Assembly (NCBI GenBank): GCA_021799535.1
Contig: JAJZAH010000001.1
Span: forward strand, 32,254 to 96,253
Reading direction: 5' to 3'
Length of the DNA: 64,000 bases
DNA from: Nanobdellota archaeon
GTDB lineage: Archaea; Nanobdellota; Nanobdellia; Pacearchaeales; GW2011-AR1
Shown: positions 54,033 to 62,389 of the stretch, piece by piece
Layout of the letters: every line of letters starts with the position of its first letter
Position numbering within the stretch: position 1 is the stretch's first letter
Translations under genes and position numbers: made by a program
Notes under the pieces: model-generated
What the model was told of the DNA's origin: nothing
The model's input: the letters and a program-made list of their open reading frames with translations, nothing else
Database searches by the model: none

Positions 54033-55883
54033 ATGGATTCGGAAGAGAAAAATAGGATCCTATCTATTTTTGAAAAAAAGAAATATTCTGACACAGAAAG
54101 GGGGCTCATAAACAAGGCACTCTCATATATTATAGAAAAAGGCTCAGACAATGGTGAAAAGATTCTGGAAATTTCAAGATACCTCAGAGAAAAAGATGCA
54201 GGAGCGGATGCCATCATCGCAGGGATACTCATTTTAGACTACGAAGACGGGGATGAAAAAGAGGTAAAAGCTTCCTTTAATGAGAATGTGCTCCAAATCG
54301 TTCAAGAAGTAAAGAAAATCTCGGGAATAATGTCCAAATCCCAGGAAAAAAATGAATTTACAAGGGAAGTGATCATCTCCTCTGTAGAGAGAATCGAATC
54401 GATAATCCTTGAACTCATAATAAAACTAGTCACAATAAAATCTTCCCCGGATAAGGATCTTGCAAAAACGATAATAGATAATTATATCCCACTTGCAAAT
54501 AGACTTGGGTTCGAGAGAATAAGAAAAGAACTGGCAAACTATGCTTTCAAGGCTCTGAATCCGAAGAAATACGAAGAAATATCAAATTTTCTAAAAATGT
54601 CAGAAAAGGAAAGAGAAGTTTATATCAGAAAGATAATAGAGGAATTGAACGATGAGATAAAGAAGGAAATTCGTAATTTTGAGATAAAAGGAAGAGAAAA
54701 GCAGATTTACAGTATATATGAAAAGGCAGTGAACAGGAAAGTCCCCATAAACGAACAAAAAGATCATTTCGGAGTAAGAGTAATAACAGAATCTGTTGAG
54801 GACTGCTATAAAGTTTTTGAGATACTGAATGAAAGGTATGATGTCCTTGAAAAATCTTTCAAAGACTACATAAGGAACCCGAAAGACAACGGGTATCAGT
54901 CCATTCACTTTTGTATAAAGAAAGCCGACAAGATAATAGAAATCCAGGTAAGGACAAAAGAAATGGATGAATTTGCCGAAGAGGGGACTGCATCGCATTG
55001 GGCATACAAAAAAATAAACGGGGACATAAAATTTGAAAAGAAAACTGCCTGGTACAAAGAACTCCTTCGCCTTAAAGAAAAGAAAGGCTCTGTCCTTGAA
55101 GGATTAAAGATAGGATTATTCAAAGACAAAATATACTGTTATACCCCAAAAGGAAAAATGGTGCAGCTCGAATCTGGGGCGACCGCACTTGATTTTGCTT
55201 ACAGTATACATGCACAGATTGGTAATAGCTCCGTTGGCACTAAGATCAATGGAAAATTTGTGCCGTTAAAATCAGAGTTGAAAAACGGCGACACGGTGGA
55301 GATTATCACCAACAAATTCCAAAGACCAAGGAGGGAATGGTTAAAATATGTAAAAACAAAATATGCGAAAAAAATAATCGCTAAGGAGATCAAAAGAATA
55401 GAGAATATCCCTGTTCCAAAAATAAAAGGACTCTCAGAAAAAGAGTATGACGACGTGGAAGTTCCTGCAAAAATCCCTGAATTCCCAAACCACATTATAA
55501 ACTTTGCAAAATGCTGTAATCCCCTTCCAGAAGAGGATATAATTGGTGTATTAAGGTCATACAAAAGAGCTCTCATACACAAAAAAGGATGCGAAAGAAT
55601 CGGAGACGGAAAAAACAATGGGATTAAGGCTGAGTGGAAAGAGGTCCTAAAAAATCCGGTTAAGATATTTGTCAGCGCATCAGATAGGTCCGGAATACTT
55701 GCAGATATAATAAACACAATCTCAAGAAAAGGATTTAAGATAACTGAAGCAAACGGAAAACTTACAGGGAACAGCACTGCTGAGTGTTACTTCAAGGTCT
55801 CTGTAGGTGAAATCCGGGGTTTAAGGGAGATAATCTCAAGGATCCAAAAAATAAGAGATGTAAAAAAAATATGGTTTGATTAA
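54033..55883 (+). CDS. long RelA/SpoT homolog ((p)ppGpp synthetase; hydrolase domain degenerate) with TGS and ACT domains
   Basis: The synthetase motifs are present: GREKQIYSIYEKAVNR, DHFGVRVIT, GYQSIHFCI and EIQVRTKEMDEFAEEGTASHWAYK. The TGS domain reads IYCYTPKGKMVQLESGATALDFAYSIH...GDTVEIIT. An ACT-like domain sits at the C-terminus. The HD position reads AGILILDYEDG. Confidence 0.88.
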   Translation: MDSEEKNRILSIFEKKKYSDTERGLINKALSYIIEKGSDNGEKILEISRYLREKDAGADAIIAGILILDYEDGDEKEVKASFNENVLQIVQEVKKISGIMSKSQEKNEFTREVIISSVERIESIILELIIKLVTIKSSPDKDLAKTIIDNYIPLANRLGFERIRKELANYAFKALNPKKYEEISNFLKMSEKEREVYIRKIIEELNDEIKKEIRNFEIKGREKQIYSIYEKAVNRKVPINEQKDHFGVRVITESVEDCYKVFEILNERYDVLEKSFKDYIRNPKDNGYQSIHFCIKKADKIIEIQVRTKEMDEFAEEGTASHWAYKKINGDIKFEKKTAWYKELLRLKEKKGSVLEGLKIGLFKDKIYCYTPKGKMVQLESGATALDFAYSIHAQIGNSSVGTKINGKFVPLKSELKNGDTVEIITNKFQRPRREWLKYVKTKYAKKIIAKEIKRIENIPVPKIKGLSEKEYDDVEVPAKIPEFPNHIINFAKCCNPLPEEDIIGVLRSYKRALIHKKGCERIGDGKNNGIKAEWKEVLKNPVKIFVSASDRSGILADIINTISRKGFKITEANGKLTGNSTAECYFKVSVGEIRGLREIISRIQKIRDVKKIWFD

Positions 55884-56476
55884 AACAGGGTCTTTTGGAC
55901 AGAATTGGTTTTTATTTCTTTCTTTACAACCTCCATATCTTTCTCCCAAAGGGGGAGAAGCGCCTGCTTGTAAATTATCGCTGCAGGATGAAAAAGAGGT
56001 ATGAGTTTTACATCTGTGCCATTTAGCTTTATGACCCGAACTTTCCCATGAAGAGAAGTAATTCCAAGTTGTTTGTCCATAAGATCAACATTACACCCCG
56101 AAAGGAAGAATTTCGTCGCATAATTTCCGAGCGAACAAATAACTTTTGGTTTTATCTCTTTTATTTGTTCTAAAAGCCAGGGAGTATGGGCTTTTATCTC
56201 ATCAGACAAAGGGTCTCTGTTCTCAGGAGGCCGGCATTTCAGTATATTCGCAATATAAACGTCGTCCAAAGATAATCCAACTTTTCTTAGAAGTTCATCA
56301 AGATTCTTCCCTGCTTTTCCAACAAAAGGAATTCCCTGAAGATCCTCTTCCCTGCCAGGTGCTTCTCCAACAAAAAGAATGTTCGCATGAAGATTTCCTT
56401 TCCCCACGACAATGTTTGTGCAATTCTTGCAAATCTCAGTCTCCTTCACAAGTTTCACATATTCAGGCTCACCCAT
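55880..56476 (-). CDS. udg: uracil-DNA glycosylase, family 4
   Basis: GEAPGREEDLQGIPFVGKAGKNL, the N-terminal Cys pair (CKNC) and HPAAI. Confidence 0.88.
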   Translation of the reverse strand: MGEPEYVKLVKETEICKNCTNIVVGKGNLHANILFVGEAPGREEDLQGIPFVGKAGKNLDELLRKVGLSLDDVYIANILKCRPPENRDPLSDEIKAHTPWLLEQIKEIKPKVICSLGNYATKFFLSGCNVDLMDKQLGITSLHGKVRVIKLNGTDVKLIPLFHPAAIIYKQALLPLWEKDMEVVKKEIKTNSVQKTLF

Positions 56477-56524
56477 GGAAAATCAAAAACAAATCTTTTT
56501 AAATAAATTCCCTTTCGGATAAGA

Positions 56525-57103
56525 ATGGAAAGAACATTAGTACTGATAAAACCAGACGGAGTACAAAGAGGGTTAGTCGGAGAAATAATAAAAAGATTTG
56601 AAAACACGGGATTGAAAATTGTAGGCATGAAAATGGTTTATGCCGACGAAAAAAGGGCATCAAAACATTACACTGATGATGAATCGTGGCTAAAAAGTGT
56701 CGGGGAAAAGACGCTGAAGTCGGCGGAAAAAAGAGGCATTAAAATGGATAGAACAGCTCTGGAGCAGGGTAAATGGATAAGGGAGCTTCTTATGAGTTAT
56801 TTGACAATGAGCCCGCTTGTAGCTTTGGTTCTTGAAGGTAATGAAGCTGTCGGAAAGGTTAGGCTTATCACCGGGCCAACAAACCCCCAGGAAGCACCTC
56901 CCGGAACAATAAGGGGGGACTTTTCAGTTGATTCCTACCAATTAGGAGACCAACTCGAACGGCCCATACAGAACTTAATCCATGCATCGGAAAACCCAAA
57001 AGAAGCAGAGAGGGAAATAAAAGTATGGTTCAATAAAGAAGAGCTGCATTTTTTCAAGAGAGTTGATGAGGATTTAATTTATAGAAAGGGTAAAAAAGAA
57101 TAA
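56525..57103 (+). CDS. ndk: nucleoside diphosphate kinase (long form with internal insertions)
   Basis: ERTLVLIKPDGVQRGLVGEIIKRFE, TNPQEAPPGTIRGDF and NLIHASE (active-site His). At 192 aa it is longer than the usual ~150 aa. Confidence 0.88.
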   Translation: MERTLVLIKPDGVQRGLVGEIIKRFENTGLKIVGMKMVYADEKRASKHYTDDESWLKSVGEKTLKSAEKRGIKMDRTALEQGKWIRELLMSYLTMSPLVALVLEGNEAVGKVRLITGPTNPQEAPPGTIRGDFSVDSYQLGDQLERPIQNLIHASENPKEAEREIKVWFNKEELHFFKRVDEDLIYRKGKKE

Positions 57104-57118
57104 GCTCGAATCAAAACA

Positions 57119-57126
57119 TTTAATTA
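57119..57126 (+). promoter_or_regulatory. TATA-box-like element upstream of tRNA-Arg(GCG)
   Basis: TTTAATTA, with its 3' edge 25 nt upstream of tRNA position 1. Confidence 0.3.
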
Positions 57127-57150
57127 ACTTTCAAATTCTTAATTTATCGC

Positions 57151-57247
57151 GTCCCCATAGTTCAACGGACAGAACACTTCGTTGCGGAGCGGAAGATTCT
57201 TTTCGCACAAATTCGAAGAAATCGGGGTTCAATTCCTCGTGGGGATG
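57151..57247 (+). tRNA. tRNA-Arg (anticodon GCG) with a 25-nt intron after position 37
   Basis: Hand-folded cloverleaf. Acceptor GTCCCCA/TGGGGAT starts with a G1-U pair. The D arm is GTTC-AACGGACA-GAAC. The anticodon stem pairs CTTCG(57177-57181) with CGAAG(57214-57218). The loop TT-GCG-G is interrupted at 57188-57212 by an intron that forms its own hairpin (GCGGAAG...TTTTCGC). The T arm is CGGGG-TTCAATT-CCTCG. Confidence 0.8.
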
Positions 57248-57420
57248 TTCAATTATAAGCTAAATAAGAACCATTCAGAGTATCTTTTAGGGGAACCCCA
57301 ATCCCAGATTCACTCCATATATAAGACCCCTCAGGCGAAGAGATTTTCTGTTAGAATTTTAATTAAAGCTCGAAAGGGATATAAGCAGCAGTTGATGCGG
57401 AGTTTATTTTTTGCGTGAAG

Positions 57421-58449
57421 TTATTCTTTATCTTTTACCCCGTAATTAGTCACGTAGTATATAGCCTCTCCGTCAGGAAGGTTCGGACTGTCAATCAATT
57501 TTGCGACTCTTGAACCTTGCTTTGCACGCCTCAGATAAAGCCTGAAAGTCGATGCATGCCCGACTATATTTCCGCCTATTGCAGTAGTCGGATCCCCGAA
57601 AAGCTGCGCGGGATTTGCCATAACTTGGTTTGTCACATAAACAGCAAGGTTGTGTGTTTCCGCCAGTTTCATCAGGTCATGCATATATCTATTGAGTTTC
57701 TGTTGCCTGTCAGCAAGCTGTCCCCTTCCTGAGAACTCTGCTCTGAAATGGGCCGTAAGGGAATCAACAATTACTAATTTTATCGGTTCGCCTGACTTTA
57801 TAAGATCCCCTACTTTCTCTAAAAGAAGCATCTGATGATCAGAATTAAAAGCCCTGGCAACAAGAATATTTTTCAAGACCATTTCAGGATTTGCACCAAG
57901 ACCCTCAGCAATCTGCTTTATCCTTTGTGGTCTGAAAGTCCCTTCAGTATCTATATAGACAGATTTGCCTCCCGCCCCTCCCTGCTCAGAGGGAAGCTGA
58001 ACATTGACCGCAAGAGAAAGCCCCAGCTGTGTCTTGCCCGAGCCGTAAGCCCCAAAAGCCTCCGTTATAGCTCTTGATTCAATCCCCTTTCCACCCAGAA
58101 GTTCATCAAGATTTTTACTCCCTGTAGTAATATAAGATACACTTGCCCTTTTCTTTGCAAATTCCATCCCGTCGCTAAAGCCAAGTTCAAGAGCGTTTCT
58201 TGCAGCCTGTATCGCTTTTCTCGCAACGGCACTTGATATCCCCGCAGCATCCGCAAGTGAAGCCGGACTCATCACAGCAAGCCCCATCATGTCAAAAATA
58301 CCTGCGCTCTCAAGTTTTGAAAGAGCAGCGGGACCGATTCCAGGCAGATCAGTAAGCTCTAGAACTTTTTCATCTTTTCCCTTTCTCACTGGCTCTTCAT
58401 CTTCATCAGAAACAGCATCTTTTATCTCATCCACATCTTTCTTAGCCAT
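57421..58449 (-). CDS. radA: DNA repair and recombination protein RadA
   Basis: N-terminal HhH (LTDLPGIGPAALSKLESAGI), Walker A GAYGSGKTQ, Walker B LVIVDS and the loop regions. Confidence 0.95.
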   Translation of the reverse strand: MAKKDVDEIKDAVSDEDEEPVRKGKDEKVLELTDLPGIGPAALSKLESAGIFDMMGLAVMSPASLADAAGISSAVARKAIQAARNALELGFSDGMEFAKKRASVSYITTGSKNLDELLGGKGIESRAITEAFGAYGSGKTQLGLSLAVNVQLPSEQGGAGGKSVYIDTEGTFRPQRIKQIAEGLGANPEMVLKNILVARAFNSDHQMLLLEKVGDLIKSGEPIKLVIVDSLTAHFRAEFSGRGQLADRQQKLNRYMHDLMKLAETHNLAVYVTNQVMANPAQLFGDPTTAIGGNIVGHASTFRLYLRRAKQGSRVAKLIDSPNLPDGEAIYYVTNYGVKDKE

Positions 58450-58551
58450 GCAGAATGAAACTTGTTTTCATTTATAAAGTTTATAACGATTAAGAATATA
58501 TTTTCGAGTACGACTTGACAAATTTAAAAACTGCAAAGGCTTTCATAAATC

Positions 58552-59289
58552 ATGAAGAAACCCTACGAAAAGCTTGTGGGAAAAATCGGGAATCTTAAGA
58601 TTTGGATTGTTGACGGAAAATATGTCCGCGACAGATTAAATGAAGAGTTCACAAACTGCGGGGAACATTATCAATTCCACTTCATACCAAAAAATGAAAT
58701 GTGGCTTGACCGCGAGTTCGGGACAAAAGATGAGAAGTATTATATTGATTACATCCTTACAGAGTACGAGCTTATGTCCAAAGGAGTCCCATACGGGGAA
58801 GCGTTGAAGCAGGGAGATATAGTGCAAAAGAGGGAACGTGAAAAAGAGAAAGAGTTCATAAAGCTAAAGGGGCTGAAGGAGGGTAGAAGCTACAAACTTC
58901 TGGACAGAATACACAAAAGTTTAATAAAAGAATACAGCAATCACCTGAAGGTATGGATAGTCGATGGGAAAATTGTGCGCGGGATGTTCTTCATAGATTT
59001 TGTCGAGGGGGGACATGATAAAGTTTACTCCTTTATTCCCGAGGGAGAAATATGGATTGATGACGACATATCCAAGAAAGAGAGAAAATTTATCTTGCTG
59101 CACGAGGCTCACGAGAGGTATCTGATGTCAAAAGGCGAGAATTACCGAAGCGCACATTACAACTCCTCAAAGCTCGAGCACAAATACAGGCTTGGAAAGA
59201 AAGGCCTTGACAAAGAGCTTAAAAAAGAGATAAAAAGAAATGATCTTTTAATAAAAAAGAAGATGGAAAAAGGTTATCTTCACTATTAA
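58552..59289 (+). CDS. hypothetical protein made of two tandem homologous halves, the second carrying HExxH
   Basis: Half 1 reads KIWIVDGKYVR...FHFIPKNEMWLD...ILTEYELMSKGVPYGEA. Half 2 reads KVWIVDGKIVR...YSFIPEGEIWID...LLHEAHERYLMSKGENYRSA. HEAHE lies at nt 59101-59115. Confidence 0.55.
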   Translation: MKKPYEKLVGKIGNLKIWIVDGKYVRDRLNEEFTNCGEHYQFHFIPKNEMWLDREFGTKDEKYYIDYILTEYELMSKGVPYGEALKQGDIVQKREREKEKEFIKLKGLKEGRSYKLLDRIHKSLIKEYSNHLKVWIVDGKIVRGMFFIDFVEGGHDKVYSFIPEGEIWIDDDISKKERKFILLHEAHERYLMSKGENYRSAHYNSSKLEHKYRLGKKGLDKELKKEIKRNDLLIKKKMEKGYLHY

Positions 59290-59715
59290 CAGAAGATCCA
59301 TCACCTCAAATGATAAAAATATAAAACTCTCAATTCTCCCGCCGGTTTTCACAAAACCTCGGATACGAAGCCCGAAAGGATAAAATAACCTAAGTCCTTT
59401 TCTCGTCAGCAGATCTCCAAAAAGATGCACACTGTAACCGACCAAAAAACCAAGCGACACCGAAGGAACGTAAAGATAAAGAACAAAGTAGGCCGCAAAA
59501 AGGAAAATGAGGCTATGCATGATCCCTCGATGTCTCGTAAAAGCTGTAATGACCCTCGAAGAAAATCTCCTCCCGATTTTAGAGTTGTATGAATCAAGAT
59601 CAGGCAAAAAGGTTGCTCCTAGCACTGATAAGAGGAAAACAATGGGATTTCTAACTGAGCTTATTAGCAGAAGTCCAGCAAATAAAGACATAACAAGATG
59701 CGTTTTTGAAAGCAT
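59248..59715 (-). CDS. YdjM/DUF457-like membrane-bound metal-dependent hydrolase
   Basis: MLSKTHLVMSL..., LPDLDS, HRGIMHS and HLFGDLLT are His/Asp-rich motifs between TM helices. Its 3' end overlaps the convergent gene by 42 nt. Confidence 0.7.
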   Translation of the reverse strand: MLSKTHLVMSLFAGLLLISSVRNPIVFLLSVLGATFLPDLDSYNSKIGRRFSSRVITAFTRHRGIMHSLIFLFAAYFVLYLYVPSVSLGFLVGYSVHLFGDLLTRKGLRLFYPFGLRIRGFVKTGGRIESFIFLSFEVMDLLLIVKITFFHLLFY

Positions 59716-59798
59716 TTTTGTATAAAAGACAATTAATTAAAAAGATTTACCAAGATTACCTCATTTCGTAGGATCGTATACTGGAAAAGGCTATAAGT

Positions 59799-60719
59799 TT
59801 ATTCCAGTTCATCAATCAGCCGCTCAATATTAATATCTTGGACTGAATCGACTATGAGCTCTTGATTATTGAAATAAGAATTCATCCTTACATTTCCCCC
59901 GAAAACCATTTCTTTTCCTAAGATGCTTTCTTTCTGCTCTTTTATCTTATCGGGATTTCCATATTCAGTAAGTCCGAGCTTCTGGACCATTTCATGAAAA
60001 AGAACAGCCCGCGTATTTTCAGTCCCGTCATCAATTACAACATTCAAAATGGCCCTCTTCTCAGTAGGAACTCCCGCAGCGATTTCCTCCTCCGTGGCTT
60101 TTCTCCCTGTCTCCAAGTTTGCATTGAAAAAGCGCGGGTCAAATACTTGGACAATGAAAGCCCTCGTGTTAACTTTGTCCCCGACATTAAACTCTTTTAT
60201 GTCTTTTTTCTTTACAGGCTTCTCAACTTTTACGTTGGAAAATTCTTCATCTGAAAGCTTCAGTTCCGCAAAGCTGCCCATATGTACCTCCCCCTGCCTC
60301 ATATTTCCTGAAAGGACTTCGACGGACACCCCCTCTGTAATTGCACCTTTTTCTATCATATCAATATGATTAGCATCCCACAAGACAAGCTTTATATTTG
60401 AAGTGTCATCTGCCACAATCATGTTGCATACTTTCCCTTCCTCACCGTTCTTATTTTTGAAAGTTCTAATAGGATAAAGAGTAATGACTTTGCCTGTGAA
60501 ATGCACTTTCCTCATGCCAGGCAGAAGTTCATCAATTTTGAGCTTCTCATTATCAAAAGAAATCCCGAGCTCCGCAGCAATTACCTGAAGAGCACCCTCA
60601 CGGCTGATGAGGCCAGAAAGCTTGGATCGCTTAGCCTCGACGCGTCTATCAATTTCACCTTCTTCTATCCCAGAAAGCTTCGATAATTTCGACAAAATCT
60701 TTTCATAACTACCTTCCAT
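59799..60719 (-). CDS. rpa: replication protein A-like ssDNA-binding protein (OB folds)
   Basis: N-terminal helical domain (...LSGLISREGALQVIAAELGI) followed by the OB-fold pattern ...GKVITLYPIRTF.NKNGEEGKVCNMIVADDTSNIKLVLWD. Confidence 0.7.
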   Translation of the reverse strand: MEGSYEKILSKLSKLSGIEEGEIDRRVEAKRSKLSGLISREGALQVIAAELGISFDNEKLKIDELLPGMRKVHFTGKVITLYPIRTFKNKNGEEGKVCNMIVADDTSNIKLVLWDANHIDMIEKGAITEGVSVEVLSGNMRQGEVHMGSFAELKLSDEEFSNVKVEKPVKKKDIKEFNVGDKVNTRAFIVQVFDPRFFNANLETGRKATEEEIAAGVPTEKRAILNVVIDDGTENTRAVLFHEMVQKLGLTEYGNPDKIKEQKESILGKEMVFGGNVRMNSYFNNQELIVDSVQDINIERLIDELE

Positions 60720-60831
60720 TTCGTAAAAAGTTTAATACTCTTTTTAAGCATTTTGTAAATTTCAAAGAGATAATAAAATATGAATACCAAGAAAAATAAA
60801 GTTTTATAAACCAACCCGCGTTTTTTAAAAA

Positions 60832-61104
60832 ATGGCAGGCGTAAACGGAGCAAAATTCAAAATTATGCCGGATTCTCCTCAGGCAGATTTGAGAAAGATA
60901 GAGGAAAAAGCCAAGAAGATTGTCGAAAAGTTCGGCGGAACAAATAAAGAGTATACGGTAGAGCCAATTGCATTCGGCCTGAAGGCTCTAATAGTATTTT
61001 TCTTTTATCCTGACAGCAAGAGCACAGAAAGCTTAGTGGATGAGTTCCAAAAGATCGGAAATGTTTCTTCAGCAGAGCTCATCGACATGAGAAAAGTCGC
61101 ATAA
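60832..61104 (+). CDS. ef1b: elongation factor 1-beta (aEF-1beta)
   Basis: KFKIMPDSPQADL...EPIAFGLKAL...VSSAELIDMRKV. The protein is 90 aa. Confidence 0.88.
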   Translation: MAGVNGAKFKIMPDSPQADLRKIEEKAKKIVEKFGGTNKEYTVEPIAFGLKALIVFFFYPDSKSTESLVDEFQKIGNVSSAELIDMRKVA

Positions 61105-61148
61105 GCCATCAAAGGAAGATTAAAATACTTTCTTAACTAAGTGATATC

Positions 61149-61721
61149 ATGGCTAAAAATTTCAAAATAAGGCATGAGTTAAAAAGCTTAAGATTTGACA
61201 ATAAACTTATAAGTTGGGCAAAACAAAAAGATGAAAATTCATGTGGATACTGTTTAATTCACAATTCAAGTAATTACATAAATATTCCAAACTTCGAGGG
61301 AAGTCCAGAAGCAGTTTAAGATAAAATAAACTTAATAAGAGCCCAAAATGGTCAAGAGCTACTAAACCGGAACCAAAATTTGGCCTCCTCAGACTTAAAC
61401 AATTATTACAAAGAAAAAGGATTTGAAGTAAAAACTTTTTCAAACCCTCTTTTTGATAAAAAAGAGATAGAAGATATAATAAGAAAAAATAACTTTGATA
61501 TCATATACACCACTTCAAATATACATTACAGGGGAATTTCTAAAGGCAGCGGAAATTCTTTACACCTTTTAGATTCCTTTTATAGTTCTCCGCAAATAAT
61601 TACACCCGAAGAAGCAATCTCAAATGCCTACAGAAGTTTAGGGCAATTTGGGGGAAGATACAACGTCGTAGGGATAATTAAAAAACCCAATAAGAAGTTT
61701 GAAATTGCTTCTAGAAAATAA
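61149..61721 (+). pseudogene. papain-like (C39-like) cysteine-peptidase-like frame interrupted by one in-frame TAA
   Basis: ATG at 61149, then 56 codons (MAKNFK...AKQKDENSCGYCLIHN...PEAV), then TAA at 61317-61319. The same frame continues for 134 codons to 61721. The downstream part has no ATG; the track started it at TTG 61380. Confidence 0.5.
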
Positions 61722-61753
61722 ATCCTTATATAATCAGTATACTCTTCTAAAAT

Positions 61754-62389
61754 ATGCCGGAACTGAAAAAAGATCTCGAAAACATAAAGCAAAAACTTCT
61801 TGAGCATGCCAGGGTTAATTATGAACCCGAAAAAGCTGAAGAGTTTATATCCAGCATAGAATCAATGAATGGCGAAGAGTTTGTCGCATTCTTGAAAGAA
61901 CAAGGTCTGATAAAGGAAGAAAAAGGCCAGCAGTGCATATTCTGCTCCATTGTATTTGGAGACATCCCTTCTACAAAAATCGGTGCGAATGAAAAGGCAA
62001 TTGCAATACTTGATATAAATCCTGCCTCCCCCGGCCATGTCTTAATAATTCCAAAAGATCATGTAATCTCGAAAGAAAAAATCCCTGAAGAAGCAGGAAA
62101 ACTTGCTTTGGAAGTAAAAGAAAAACTTGAGAAAACATTCAAACCAAAGGATGTTGAAATAATTTCATCAAACGTGATGGGGCATGAGATCCTAAATGTC
62201 CTTCCTATTTACAAAGATGAGTCTCTCGGCTCAAAAAGAAAGAGATTATCTTCAGAAGAATTAGAAAAGATAAAGGAAGAGATTACCTCTGGAGCAAAAG
62301 AAGAAGTAAAATCTGAGCCGGAAAAAGAGGAATCTGAGTCAGAAGGAATAAATGAAAGAAATACCTGGCTTCCAAAGAGGTTTCCCTAA
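61754..62389 (+). CDS. HIT-family-like protein with an N-terminal extension and a degenerate histidine triad
   Basis: CIFCSIVFGDIPSTKIGANEKAIAILDINPASPGHVLIIPKDH is the HIT N-terminal pattern. The triad position reads GHEILNVLP (nt 62183-62206) instead of HxHxHxx. Confidence 0.7.
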   Translation: MPELKKDLENIKQKLLEHARVNYEPEKAEEFISSIESMNGEEFVAFLKEQGLIKEEKGQQCIFCSIVFGDIPSTKIGANEKAIAILDINPASPGHVLIIPKDHVISKEKIPEEAGKLALEVKEKLEKTFKPKDVEIISSNVMGHEILNVLPIYKDESLGSKRKRLSSEELEKIKEEITSGAKEEVKSEPEKEESESEGINERNTWLPKRFP

